Of a stretch of DNA of 64,000 nucleotides, positions 1 to 9,696 are shown in pieces. The stretch is taken from the NCBI GenBank assembly GCA_021824345.1, contig JAKAKW010000002.1, positions 86,552 through 150,551 of the forward strand. The letters run 5' to 3'. How positions within the stretch are numbered: position 1 is the first letter of the stretch; the number at the start of each line of letters is the position of its first letter. This stretch comes from a bacterium (GTDB lineage Bacteria; Patescibacteriota; Minisyncoccia; Phycocordibacterales; UBA9973). Both the position numbers and the translations under genes were made by a program. A model generated the notes under the pieces. That model saw only the letters and a list, made by a program, of their open reading frames with translations. It had not been told where the DNA came from and ran no database searches.

Positions 1-390
1 GACTTGCCGGACGATATTGAAGCTGTACAAGACGATATGTCCGGGAAAGTTATTGCTTGCGCGCACGGAGGAAAATGTAACCAATTATGCACAGAAGCGT
101 TTCGTATAATCGAAGACGAACTTGCCTTTTACCGCAAGATGAACTTGCCCTTGCCTCGTTTATGCCCGAATTGCCGTACCTTTGAGCGTCTAAAGCAAAG
201 AACTGGCATAGATTTGTACAAGAGTAAATGTCAGTGTGCAGGAGAGTATTCCAAAAACAGTGCATACAAAAACACAGTAGCTCATTCTCACGGCAACGAC
301 TCATGCTTGAATGAATTTGAGACCTGCTACGCCCCGGATCGCCCGGAAATCGTATATTGCGAATCTTGTTATCAGAAGGAAGTTTATTAA
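1..390 (+). CDS. Cys-rich multi-zinc-ribbon hypothetical protein, paralog 1 (5' truncated by window edge)
   Basis: C-terminus ...FETCYAPDRPEIVYCESCYQKEVY is nearly identical to that of the next gene; multiple CxxC motifs. Confidence 0.8.
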   Translation, partial: DLPDDIEAVQDDMSGKVIACAHGGKCNQLCTEAFRIIEDELAFYRKMNLPLPRLCPNCRTFERLKQRTGIDLYKSKCQCAGEYSKNSAYKNTVAHSHGNDSCLNEFETCYAPDRPEIVYCESCYQKEVY

Positions 391-392
391 CC

Positions 393-2156
393 ATGCAAAA
401 CGAAACCAAAAATTGCCAGAATTGCAAAAATGATTTCATAATTGAGCCGAATGATTTCGGGTTTTACGAGAAGATTAAAGTTCCTCCGCCGACTTGGTGC
501 CCGGAGTGTCGGATGAAGCGCAGAATCATGTGGAGAAACGAAAAGACAATGCATCGCAACAAATGCGCCGCTACCGGAAAAACAGTTTTTTCTTCAATAA
601 GCCCTGAGTCTCCATACAAGATATATGACCGAGATTATTGGTGGAGCGACAAATGGGACCCTTTGGAATACGGCAGGGAAGTTGATTTTTCCAGGCCTTT
701 TCTGGAACAACTCAATGAGCTGATGCATGACGTTCCATGGTATAGCCGGTCGGTAATCAATAATGTAAAAAGCGATTATTGTATGAACGCCAGCTATTTA
801 AAGGATTGCTATCTTCTTTTTCACAGTTCAAAAAACGAGTCTTGCTATTACGGAGTGGGAATAAGCTTATCCAAAGACTGTTTTGACAATTCCTTTCTTG
901 AAAAATGCGAACTTTGCCATCAGTGCTTTTTTTGCACTAACTGCTATCAAGCATATTATTCCGTAGATTGTGAAAATTCCCAAGAATTGTTTCTTTGCCG
1001 AGACTGTATAAACTGCCATGACTGCTTCGGGTGTGCTGGTCTGAGAAATAAGCAATATCATATTTTCAATAAGCCGTTTTCTAAAGATGAGTACGAGGAA
1101 GAAAGGAAAAGGCTGTTAGGATCTTATAAAAGTTTTTTTAGCGTGCGCGAAAAAGCAATTGAAACGTGGCTCAAAGCGCCGGTCAAGTACGCGCACGAGA
1201 CACACAACCAAAATATTTCCGGAGATTATATAAATAATTCAAAAAACCTTTCAAAGTCGTATATTATGATCGACTCGGAAGACTGCAAGTATTGCCAAAA
1301 TGTTTTTCAGTCGCCCGGAGCGAAAAACTCATACGATTACAGTTTTTTCGGCCAGGGTGCTGAGCTGATTTACGAAGCGTGTTCCACCGGCATTCAGGTC
1401 TCCGAGATAAAATTTTCTTCTTTTATATATCCTGACGCCCAAAGGATAACATATTCGGTAATGTGCCCTTCGTCGAGAGATCTTTTCGGCTGTGTTAGTT
1501 TACGAAGCAAGCAGTACTGCATTTTAAATCGCCAATATTCCAAGGAAGAATATCTTGCGCTTGTTCCAAAAGTGATTGAGCACATGAATAATATGCCCTA
1601 CACAGACAAAAAAGGCAGGATATACCGTTATGGCGAATTCTTTCCGCCGGAGTTCTGTCCATTCGGATACAATGAAACGGTAGCCCAAGAGTATTTTCCC
1701 AAAACCAAGAAAGAGGCCGAAGAGGGAGGATGGCCTTGGATTGAACCAGACATGAAAGAATATGAGCCCGATCTTTCCTGGAAAAATATTCCCGACAAGG
1801 TTTCAGATAGCGGAATAGACATAACAGAAAAAGTAATTCTTTGCCAGTCTTGGGACGAGGAAGGTTCGGAAAAAGCTTTGGAACGAAATTGTTCTAAAGC
1901 ATTTAGGATAGTTTCGCGAGAATTTGAATTTTACAAAAAATACGATCTTCCCTTGCCGAGAAAATGTTTTTTCTGCAGACACTATGACAGGGGTAAGTTC
2001 CGAAATCCTCTGAAGCTCTGGCATAGACAATGTATGTGCACTCAAACCAGCCACGGGCACGCAGGCGATTGTAAAAACGAATTTGAAACAAGCTACGCCC
2101 CGGACCGTCCGGAAATCGTATATTGCGAATCCTGTTATCAGAAAGAAGTGTATTAA
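393..2156 (+). CDS. Cys-rich multi-zinc-ribbon hypothetical protein, paralog 2
   Basis: ATG 2 nt after previous stop; N-terminal CQNC...PPPTWCPECR, central Cys/Ser repeats, C-terminal PEIVYCESC. Confidence 0.85.
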   Translation: MQNETKNCQNCKNDFIIEPNDFGFYEKIKVPPPTWCPECRMKRRIMWRNEKTMHRNKCAATGKTVFSSISPESPYKIYDRDYWWSDKWDPLEYGREVDFSRPFLEQLNELMHDVPWYSRSVINNVKSDYCMNASYLKDCYLLFHSSKNESCYYGVGISLSKDCFDNSFLEKCELCHQCFFCTNCYQAYYSVDCENSQELFLCRDCINCHDCFGCAGLRNKQYHIFNKPFSKDEYEEERKRLLGSYKSFFSVREKAIETWLKAPVKYAHETHNQNISGDYINNSKNLSKSYIMIDSEDCKYCQNVFQSPGAKNSYDYSFFGQGAELIYEACSTGIQVSEIKFSSFIYPDAQRITYSVMCPSSRDLFGCVSLRSKQYCILNRQYSKEEYLALVPKVIEHMNNMPYTDKKGRIYRYGEFFPPEFCPFGYNETVAQEYFPKTKKEAEEGGWPWIEPDMKEYEPDLSWKNIPDKVSDSGIDITEKVILCQSWDEEGSEKALERNCSKAFRIVSREFEFYKKYDLPLPRKCFFCRHYDRGKFRNPLKLWHRQCMCTQTSHGHAGDCKNEFETSYAPDRPEIVYCESCYQKEVY

Positions 2157-2282
2157 GATGAGCAAGCTAGGGCAGAGGGTAAACATCCGCCCTCTCCACC
2201 CTAGAGAAAATAACCTTGCAGGAGTTGCCTTTTTCTTCGAAACTATGGTATAATATAGCGTTAATAAGGGTATTGGCGCGCC

Positions 2283-4010
2283 ATGAATACTCAAGGAAAA
2301 AATTCCTCCCGAGGCGGGCCGCAAGTCTGCCGCAACTGCCGAAGAGAGTTCGTAATAGAACCTCCTGACTTGAAATTTTACCAAAATATAAAAGTTCCTC
2401 CGCCGACCTGGTGTCCGGAGTGCCGGATGGCCAGGCGTTTTTCATTTCAAAATACCTGGAGCTTATACTGGCGTAATTGCGACAAATGCGGAAAGAAAGC
2501 GCTGTCAACTTATCCGCCGGAAAAGAAAATAATCGCTTACTGTTCCGAGTGCTGGTGGGCGGACGATTGGGACGGCACGGAATACGGCATGGATTACGAT
2601 CCTAAAAAAACGTTTTTCGCGCAACTGACAGAATTGAAAGAGCGCACTCCTTTTATGATGTTGCAAAATGATCATGTCACTATCAAAAATTCCGAATATT
2701 CTTCCTATATTGGCTGGAGCCGCGATTGTTACTTGGTATTTTGGGCCGATTACTGCGACAACGTGTGTTATTCTTCCATTTTAAATGGCTTGCGCTTCAG
2801 TTCCGATTGCCTGCGGGGATTTGATTCAGAGCTCTGCTATGAATCCATCGGCTTTTCCGGCAATTACCGCACTTTCTTTTCCGACGAATGCGACAATTGC
2901 GTGGACGTATGGTTTTCCCGCAATTGTTATGGATGTACCAACTGTATTGCCTGTGTCAATCTGCGCGGGGCCTCCTATTGCATCTTCAATAAGAAATATT
3001 CAAAAAATGAATACGTGGAGGAGGTAAGGAAATTGGGATTAAACTCATGGAAAGCCTTGCGCGAATTGGAGAATAGAGCGCACGCCTTCTGGTTGGAAAG
3101 ACCGTACAGAGAATACAACGGGAACAGCTTGAATACTAATGTTTCGGGAGATTACGTGTACGAATCCAGAAATGCGAAGGATATGTACATAGTAAACGGC
3201 GCGGAAAATTGCCGATGGTGCCAGTTCATCACCGTGAAGCCGGCCAAAGATTGCCGCGACTACTCCGGATGGGGGAATAACACTTCTCTCATATATGAAA
3301 GCATTAATGTGGGAGAGGACAGTTACGGCGTACGTTTTTCCGGCATTTGCTGGGCGGACTGCTTAAACCTTGATTACTGCTACTTTTGCATATCCGCGAA
3401 GAACGCTTTCGGATGCGTGAATCTGAAAAGGAAAAATTACTGCATCCTAAACAAACAGTATCCGAAGGAGGAATTTTTCAAACTGCGCGAAAAAATAATT
3501 GAGGACATGAAGAAAAATCCATATACGGACAATATCGGACGCGAATTTCGATATGGAGAATTCTTTCCGCCGGAATTCAGTCCATATCCGTACAACAAAT
3601 CCAATGCCATGCGCTTTCTGCCAAAAACAAAGAGCCAGGCGCTACGGGAAGGGTACTCCTGGGAAGAAGAGGAAATACATAAATATGACACCACTATCGG
3701 ATCGGCGGATCTGCCGGACAGCTTGGAGAAAACGGATGAATCGGTGCTGGAAGAGGTGATAAAATGTCCGAATTGTCCGCGAGGGTACAAGATCGCCAAA
3801 CTCGAATTAGACCTATTGCGCAAGATGGGCCTGCCTCTTCCGCACGAATGCCCTCGTTGCCGGGAAGAGAAGCGCTTCGCCCGGCTGAACAAGCCGAAAT
3901 TCTTTGAGCGCAAATGCGCAAAGTGCGGGGAAAAGATCAGCACCGCCTTTTCTCCCGACCGTCCGGAGATCGTGTACTGCGAAAAGTGCTACCAAGCCGA
4001 ATTTCTTTAG
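2283..4010 (+). CDS. Cys-rich multi-zinc-ribbon hypothetical protein, paralog 3
   Basis: Same architecture; ends in CAKC-x17-CEKC; upstream TTGCCT...TATAAT promoter-like sequence. Confidence 0.85.
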   Translation: MNTQGKNSSRGGPQVCRNCRREFVIEPPDLKFYQNIKVPPPTWCPECRMARRFSFQNTWSLYWRNCDKCGKKALSTYPPEKKIIAYCSECWWADDWDGTEYGMDYDPKKTFFAQLTELKERTPFMMLQNDHVTIKNSEYSSYIGWSRDCYLVFWADYCDNVCYSSILNGLRFSSDCLRGFDSELCYESIGFSGNYRTFFSDECDNCVDVWFSRNCYGCTNCIACVNLRGASYCIFNKKYSKNEYVEEVRKLGLNSWKALRELENRAHAFWLERPYREYNGNSLNTNVSGDYVYESRNAKDMYIVNGAENCRWCQFITVKPAKDCRDYSGWGNNTSLIYESINVGEDSYGVRFSGICWADCLNLDYCYFCISAKNAFGCVNLKRKNYCILNKQYPKEEFFKLREKIIEDMKKNPYTDNIGREFRYGEFFPPEFSPYPYNKSNAMRFLPKTKSQALREGYSWEEEEIHKYDTTIGSADLPDSLEKTDESVLEEVIKCPNCPRGYKIAKLELDLLRKMGLPLPHECPRCREEKRFARLNKPKFFERKCAKCGEKISTAFSPDRPEIVYCEKCYQAEFL

Positions 4011-4054
4011 AAAATTGCAAAAACAAGGCCTTTATGTTAGATTAGGGCATTGAT

Positions 4055-4570
4055 ATGGCAAAAACGAACATAAAATTCAGTCCGGTTAATATTGACGCGC
4101 GAAGGAAAATGGATTTCCATTCCGGAGATACCGTAAAAGTGTGGTCAAAGATCAAGGATGAAAAAGGGAAATTCCGCCTTCAAGCTTTTGAAGGAACGGT
4201 TTTGGCGCGAAAGCACGGCACTGAAGCGGGCGCCACTTTTACCGTGCGGAGGGTTGCTTCAGGGGTGGGAGTGGAAAGAATCTTTCCTCTTTTTTCTCCG
4301 CTGATAGACAAGATAGAGATTACGAAGAAGTCTCGTTCCCGCAAATCAAAGTTGTACTATGTGCGCACCAAGGCGGTAAAAGACGTGCGCAAGAAACTTC
4401 GCTCTACCACGTACCAGGCGGAAGAAGGAGAGTTTAACGAAGAGAAAGTTTCCGCTGAAGCCGAGAGCAAAAACGGAGAAGCGGAAACGAAAGGCGGAGA
4501 TTCAGCCGAAGATAAGAAAGAAAATACTAAGGACGCAGGCGCCGAAAAGAAGGAAAAAGCGGAAGCGTAA
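4055..4570 (+). CDS. rplS: 50S ribosomal protein L19 with acidic/Lys-rich C-terminal tail
   Basis: GDTVKV...RLQAFEG...TFTVRRVASGVGVERIFP motifs. Confidence 0.97.
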   Translation: MAKTNIKFSPVNIDARRKMDFHSGDTVKVWSKIKDEKGKFRLQAFEGTVLARKHGTEAGATFTVRRVASGVGVERIFPLFSPLIDKIEITKKSRSRKSKLYYVRTKAVKDVRKKLRSTTYQAEEGEFNEEKVSAEAESKNGEAETKGGDSAEDKKENTKDAGAEKKEKAEA

Positions 4571-4594
4571 AAATGTGCTAAACTAGGTGCAAAT

Positions 4595-4677
4595 GCGCGA
4601 GTGCTGAAACTTAGTAGACAGGCACGCTTGAGGTGCGTGTGTCGCAAGACGTGGGAGTGCAAGTCTCCCCTCGCGCA
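4595..4677 (+). tRNA. tRNA-Leu(GAG)
   Basis: Acceptor GCGCGAG/CTCGCGC, anticodon stem CACGC/GCGTG with loop TTGAGGT, long variable arm. Confidence 0.93.
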
Positions 4678-4691
4678 CCGTAAAACAACAG

Positions 4692-4722
4692 ACCCCCGGC
4701 TTTCTTAAGAAAGCCGGGGGTT
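4692..4722 (+). terminator. GC-rich hairpin after tRNA-Leu
   Basis: ACCCCCGGCTTTCT-TA-AGAAAGCCGGGGGT inverted repeat. Confidence 0.6.
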
Positions 4723-4741
4723 CTGGTATAATACACGTAAT

Positions 4742-7462
4742 ATGCAAAATGCTCCCGACAAGCGCGAGCCGGTAGAGCCATGGGCAATAACTGCCGAAGA
4801 GGCCGTTACGACCCTCGGTACTTCGGTCCAGAAAGGCCTTTCGGAAGAAGAGGCCCGAAGGCGCTTGTCCGTATACGGCGCAAACGTTTTTCTGGAGAAA
4901 GAAAAAATCGGGGTTTTTTCCATTTTCTTCAAGCAATTTTTGAGCCCGTTGATTTTTCTTTTGATCGGCGCCGCTTTTATCACCGGGTTTTTGAATGAAT
5001 GGGTGAACACTGCGGTAATATCTCTGGCGGTGCTTTTAAATGTGAGCTTGGGTTTCTGGAACGAATATCAAGCCGAACACACTTTGGAAAAACTCTCCGG
5101 CTATATCAAAGACCGCTCCAGAGTGATTCGCGGAGGAAAGGAGGAAGAGACGGATTCTTCGCTTCTGGTTCCGGGCGATATTGTGAAGCTTTCCTACGGC
5201 TCAAGAGTGCCGGCCGATATCCGCCTTCTTTCCGTGAATAATTTCCAGGCGGACGAGGCAGTGCTTACGGGAGAGTCTATACCCGTTTCTAAGTCTGAAG
5301 ATCCGGTGGATATTTCCGCGGAAGTGGCCGAACAGAAAAACATGGCCCATTCCGGCACTCTTTCAGTGCAAGGATTCGCCACGGGGGTAGTCTGCGCAAC
5401 CGGCAGCAATACCGAGATAGGAAAGATTGCCGGAATAGTTTCAAAAATTAACAGAGTGGAAACCCCGCTATCCCGCGGTGTGAGCCGGCTGGCTTGGCTT
5501 ATTTTCGGACTGGTGCTCGTTATCATGGGCGCGCTCATCGTCCTCGGCATTTCTAGGGGCGAGCCCTTGCTCACCATGCTGGTATTGTCCGCCGCCATCG
5601 CGGTGGGAGCCGTTCCGGAATCTCTGCCGATCGTGCTGACGGTCATTCTTTCCATCGGCTCCGCCCGCATAGCGGAAAAGAAAGGGGTGGTGCGGAAACT
5701 TTCCGCCGCCGAAACTCTCGGAAGCGCCACTCTCATTATGACGGACAAAACAGGCACTCTTACCCAGGCGGATATGCAGCTGACGGGGGTATATTCCGCG
5801 GAGGATATATTGTCGGAGAAAGCTTCCGGCAAGAGTTCGGGGCCTGACGCCGGGAAAGACGTAGAAGAAGCGAAGAGCAGGCGTTTTTCTCCGGCAGAAA
5901 TCAATCTTCTCCGCCAGTCGATTTTAAATCTGGACGTGCGGGTGGAAAACCCCGAGGAAGAAAAAAGCAAATGGAAGTTCCTCGGCCGGCCTTTTGAAGT
6001 AAATATCGCCAGGGCGTGCCTGGAACGGGGCATATCCCTTTCCGACATAGTTTCTTCGTCTTCTTCGCTCGTTCTGCCTTTCAATTCCACCAATAAATTT
6101 TCCGTTTCCGCCAAGGACGGCAGTTATGCGGTCATGGGCGCGCCGGACATACTGCTCAAACGCTCCAAAATATCCAAAGAAGATTATTTGAAACTGGAAT
6201 CATGGATAGAAAAGACCAGCGCCGAAGGGAAAAGGCTTATAGGCTTGGCAACCTTTCCCAAAAAAGAGGGACAGAAGCGGTTTTCTCCAGACGAAGCGAA
6301 AGACATGAAGTTTTTGGGCTGTTTCGTGTTTTTTGACCCGCCTCGTCCCGAAGTGGCCGAATCCATAAAAAATATCGAATCGCACGGAGTGAAAATGGTG
6401 CTGGTTACCGGCGACCTGAAGGGCACGGCTGTTTCTCTTGCCCGGGACATCGGCTGGAAAGTCGGCGAAGAGGAAGTGATTACCGGCGCAGACCTGCGCG
6501 CCCTGAAGGACGAAGAATTGCTTCCGGTGCTGCCGAAATTAAAGATCTTCGCCAGAGTAACCCCCGAAGACAAATTCCGCATAGGAGTGCTGTATCGGAA
6601 GCTTGGAGAAGTGGTGGCAATGACGGGGGACGGAGTGAATGACGCGCCGGCCTTAAAAGCGATGGACATAGGCATTTCTCTCGGTTCTGGATCGGATGTA
6701 GCAAAAAGCGCGGCCGACTTGGTGCTTCTGGATGATAATTTCCATACAGTGAGCATGGCTATAGAAGAGGGGAGGAAAATTTTGGCGAACATCCGCAAAG
6801 CTGTCATATATCTTATGTCCGGAGCCTTGGATGAAATATTCATCGTGGGAGGGAGTCTTCTCTTTTCCTTGCCATTGCCTTTGACGGCCATGCAAATAAT
6901 CTGGGTGAATCTTTTTACCGAGAGTTTGCCCGCTCTCGCTTTCGCTTTTGACGAAAACATGGATCATGAAAAATATGCAGGCAAGGATTTGAAGCTGATT
7001 TTTTCCAACGAAGTGAAGCTTCTGTGTTTTGGAGTGGGAATTTTCACTTCCACTTTGCTTTTCGTGCTGTACGACCTCTTGGATACGTATTGGCGCTTGC
7101 CTCTGCCCCAGGCTCGCAGCGTCTTCTTTGTGTGCTTTTCCTCTTATATCCTGTTTATCGCTTTTTCCTTTCGATCTCTTCACAAGCCGATCTTTTCTTA
7201 CAATCCTTTCTCCAACAAAAGATTGAATTGGAGCATCGGCATCGCGGTGGCCATACTTATCGCCACCATGACTGTTCCGTTTTTGAGGAATGCATTCGGA
7301 CTGGTGCCTCTGCCTGTTGCCTGGATTCCGCTGGTGCTTGTTTGGATATTGCTTAATGTGCTCTTGATGGAGGGCGCCAAATTCCTTTTTCGCCGCGGAT
7401 TCTTCGGCGGAAAGAAAAAGCGCGCAGCGGAAACTGTAAAAGCCTCATCAGTAAAAGTGTAA
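4742..7462 (+). CDS. Cation-transporting P-type ATPase (P2 class, Ca2+-type)
   Basis: TGES, PESLP, DKTGTLT, TGD and MTGDGVNDAPALK motifs; multiple TM segments. Confidence 0.93.
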   Translation: MQNAPDKREPVEPWAITAEEAVTTLGTSVQKGLSEEEARRRLSVYGANVFLEKEKIGVFSIFFKQFLSPLIFLLIGAAFITGFLNEWVNTAVISLAVLLNVSLGFWNEYQAEHTLEKLSGYIKDRSRVIRGGKEEETDSSLLVPGDIVKLSYGSRVPADIRLLSVNNFQADEAVLTGESIPVSKSEDPVDISAEVAEQKNMAHSGTLSVQGFATGVVCATGSNTEIGKIAGIVSKINRVETPLSRGVSRLAWLIFGLVLVIMGALIVLGISRGEPLLTMLVLSAAIAVGAVPESLPIVLTVILSIGSARIAEKKGVVRKLSAAETLGSATLIMTDKTGTLTQADMQLTGVYSAEDILSEKASGKSSGPDAGKDVEEAKSRRFSPAEINLLRQSILNLDVRVENPEEEKSKWKFLGRPFEVNIARACLERGISLSDIVSSSSSLVLPFNSTNKFSVSAKDGSYAVMGAPDILLKRSKISKEDYLKLESWIEKTSAEGKRLIGLATFPKKEGQKRFSPDEAKDMKFLGCFVFFDPPRPEVAESIKNIESHGVKMVLVTGDLKGTAVSLARDIGWKVGEEEVITGADLRALKDEELLPVLPKLKIFARVTPEDKFRIGVLYRKLGEVVAMTGDGVNDAPALKAMDIGISLGSGSDVAKSAADLVLLDDNFHTVSMAIEEGRKILANIRKAVIYLMSGALDEIFIVGGSLLFSLPLPLTAMQIIWVNLFTESLPALAFAFDENMDHEKYAGKDLKLIFSNEVKLLCFGVGIFTSTLLFVLYDLLDTYWRLPLPQARSVFFVCFSSYILFIAFSFRSLHKPIFSYNPFSNKRLNWSIGIAVAILIATMTVPFLRNAFGLVPLPVAWIPLVLVWILLNVLLMEGAKFLFRRGFFGGKKKRAAETVKASSVKV

Positions 7463-7541
7463 TAGTGTGTAACATGTTTCTTGATAAATTACCACAGGGT
7501 AGAGTGTTTGCATTTTAAAATTTGCGGATTATAATATCCGC

Positions 7542-8057
7542 ATGAATGAGATCAAATGCGCGATTTGCGGAAAAAAATTCATGAGAAAGAGATCCCAGAT
7601 ACTTCTGGCGAAGAAGCACTATTGCTCCACGGCCTGCCAGCGCATAGGACGGAGAACCGGGAAGACTATTGGATGCTTTGCTTGCGGCAAGGAGGTTTAT
7701 AAAAAAAGAGAATATTTATTAAGATCAAAAAGCGGCAAGAGTTTCTGCGGAAGAGCTTGCAGCAACGCTTACATAGGGTTGAATCAAAGAGCCAGCAATC
7801 ATCCAAATTGGACAACGGGCATATATTCTTATAGGGAAATAATGAAAAGGGAAAGCATTCGTCCGGGATGTATATTGTGCGGTAAAACAGACCCGAGGAT
7901 ATTATCCGTGCACCATATTGATAAAAATAGGAGTAACAACAAAAAGAGCAATTTGTCCTGGTTATGCAACAATTGCCATTTCCTGGTGCATCATTACAAA
8001 GAAGAGCGGAAAAAGTTTTTTGATTTAATAAAAAAACATGCCTACAGCACAGTGTAA
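7542..8057 (+). CDS. Zinc-finger repeat HNH endonuclease-like protein A
   Basis: Two CxxC...(Y/F)Cx3C repeats, NHPNW motif, C-terminal CILC...VHHIDKNRSNN..SNL..LCNNCH. Confidence 0.8.
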   Translation: MNEIKCAICGKKFMRKRSQILLAKKHYCSTACQRIGRRTGKTIGCFACGKEVYKKREYLLRSKSGKSFCGRACSNAYIGLNQRASNHPNWTTGIYSYREIMKRESIRPGCILCGKTDPRILSVHHIDKNRSNNKKSNLSWLCNNCHFLVHHYKEERKKFFDLIKKHAYSTV

Positions 8058-8544
8058 ATTTTGCAAAAAGAATTTTCATGTCAGTCCGTGGCGGATAAAA
8101 AGCGGATGGGGCATTTATTGCTCATTGGAGTGCAAATACCTTGGAAGCGCCTTCCAGAAAAAATTCTCCTGCTTCACTTGCGGGCAGGATGTTTTCAAAA
8201 CTCCTTCAAAAATAAGAAATTCAAAAAGCGGGAAATTTTTCTGCAGCAAGTCATGCCAGACAAAGTGGCGGAATGTTGTCTTTTCCGGAGAAAAGCACTC
8301 CGGTTACAAAGACGGGAAGCACACATACCGGAGGTTGCTAAAAAAAGCGGACAGAGCCCCAGAGTGCGAAATGTGCGGCACTCGCGACAGGCGCGTTTTA
8401 GCGGCCCATCATATTGACGAAAACCGGGCGCATAACGGTGTAAAGAACCTATCCTGGCTTTGTCACAATTGCCATAAATTGGTACATTATGATAATGTAG
8501 AGAAACAGAGATTTCTAAAAGAGCATAAAAAGAAATTCTCTTGA
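8038..8544 (+). CDS. Zinc-finger repeat HNH endonuclease-like protein B (paralog of A)
   Basis: Same layout: CKFC...YCSLEC, CFTC...FCSKSC, CEMC...AHHIDENRAHN..KNL..LCHNCH. Confidence 0.8.
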   Translation: MPTAQCKFCKKNFHVSPWRIKSGWGIYCSLECKYLGSAFQKKFSCFTCGQDVFKTPSKIRNSKSGKFFCSKSCQTKWRNVVFSGEKHSGYKDGKHTYRRLLKKADRAPECEMCGTRDRRVLAAHHIDENRAHNGVKNLSWLCHNCHKLVHYDNVEKQRFLKEHKKKFS

Positions 8545-8552
8545 CATAATAT

Positions 8553-8624
8553 GGTGGCCATGGTGTAGTGGTAACACAATAGCTTGTGGAGCTATTTTCT
8601 CCGGTTCGAGCCCGGATGGCCACC
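8553..8624 (+). tRNA. tRNA-His(GTG)
   Basis: Encoded G-1, acceptor GTGGCCA/TGGCCAC, anticodon arm ATAGC-TTGTGGA-GCTAT, TTCGA T-loop, C discriminator. Confidence 0.95.
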
Positions 8625-8694
8625 CATTTTAAATTTTATCAATCTATTGGGGCAATATTATTCCACCCGGCGCTATTTCCTGTATAATTAATCC

Positions 8695-9162
8695 ATGCCG
8701 CCCGCAACCTCAATCAACACCCTGGATTTTATAGGGCTATTTATATTTCTCGCCGGATTTATCATCGGTCTCGGCGCGGTGACCGTCATAGACATTCACG
8801 GGTTTCTCGGCCGAAAATCATCCTACTGGACTGAAGCGACCACTCGAGCGCATAAAGTGACCAAGCCATTGATCTGGGCGGGGACAATTCTCGCCATTCT
8901 CGGCGGACTGATTTTCTACCGTAATGTTGCCTTCGCCGGCATCCCGCTCATTCATGCGCTCATCGCTCTCGTCCTAATCTTAAACGGCTGTTTCCTTTCA
9001 TTCAAAGTAAGCCCGTTTCTCCTCAAGCGGGAAAGGGAGGGAAAATCCGGAGAATTGCTTCCGAAGGAGTGGCAGAAAAAAATCATGGCAAGCCTTATAG
9101 TGTCCGACATCGGCTGGTGGGGAGGGCTGATCCTGCTTGTTTTCTATCTGCTTAATCGCTAA
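8695..9162 (+). CDS. Hypothetical membrane protein (about 4 TM)
   Basis: Four hydrophobic segments; TATAAT 6 nt upstream of ATG. Confidence 0.75.
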   Translation: MPPATSINTLDFIGLFIFLAGFIIGLGAVTVIDIHGFLGRKSSYWTEATTRAHKVTKPLIWAGTILAILGGLIFYRNVAFAGIPLIHALIALVLILNGCFLSFKVSPFLLKREREGKSGELLPKEWQKKIMASLIVSDIGWWGGLILLVFYLLNR

Positions 9163-9167
9163 AGCGC

Positions 9168-9680
9168 ATGAAAAAGAAAACCGTAAAAGTGAACGACAAA
9201 ATGCAGAAAGGGTATCGGTATGAATTGACCGAGCCGGCAGGACGGAATTTCCATCCGGATTTCAAGCCCGACCTTACCCCGAAGCAAATGCTCGCGCTCG
9301 GAGTTTTCGGCGGGAAGTACATGACGGACTGCAAAAAAGAATTTCCGAAGTCGTGGTTTACCCGCGCCAAGCTTTCTCCGAAACATCACGACGATACTTT
9401 GAACTACTTCCACAAACACGCCAGCCAACCGCTTAAGGTGTGGAAAGAGAAGGGGTGGATAAACAAGAAGCACGATCCGCGCGGATGGTTTCAGTGGTAT
9501 TGCCGGTATTACATGGGCCGGCGACTGCCAGAAGAAGACGCCCGGCAGATAAAACGCTGGAAAGCGATTCGGCGGCACATGGCTCAAATCACCAAGAATT
9601 GTCGGCCAGGCGACACGTCCTGCCGTCCCGGCCAGCGCCAAGCGCTTTTACACTGGGCATACGACAGTAGGAAAATATAA
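9168..9680 (+). CDS. Conserved hypothetical protein with FGGKY and DPRGWFQWYCRY motifs
   Basis: Trp/aromatic-rich motifs; tight spacing after upstream gene. Confidence 0.75.
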   Translation: MKKKTVKVNDKMQKGYRYELTEPAGRNFHPDFKPDLTPKQMLALGVFGGKYMTDCKKEFPKSWFTRAKLSPKHHDDTLNYFHKHASQPLKVWKEKGWINKKHDPRGWFQWYCRYYMGRRLPEEDARQIKRWKAIRRHMAQITKNCRPGDTSCRPGQRQALLHWAYDSRKI

Positions 9681-9696
9681 GCGCTGCGGCTGGACG

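Noticed and set aside
310-2156. Near-identical 3' ends of Cys-rich paralogs as a DGR template/variable repeat pair
   Set aside because: Differences are mostly synonymous and not confined to adenines, both copies are coding, and no reverse transcriptase is in the window
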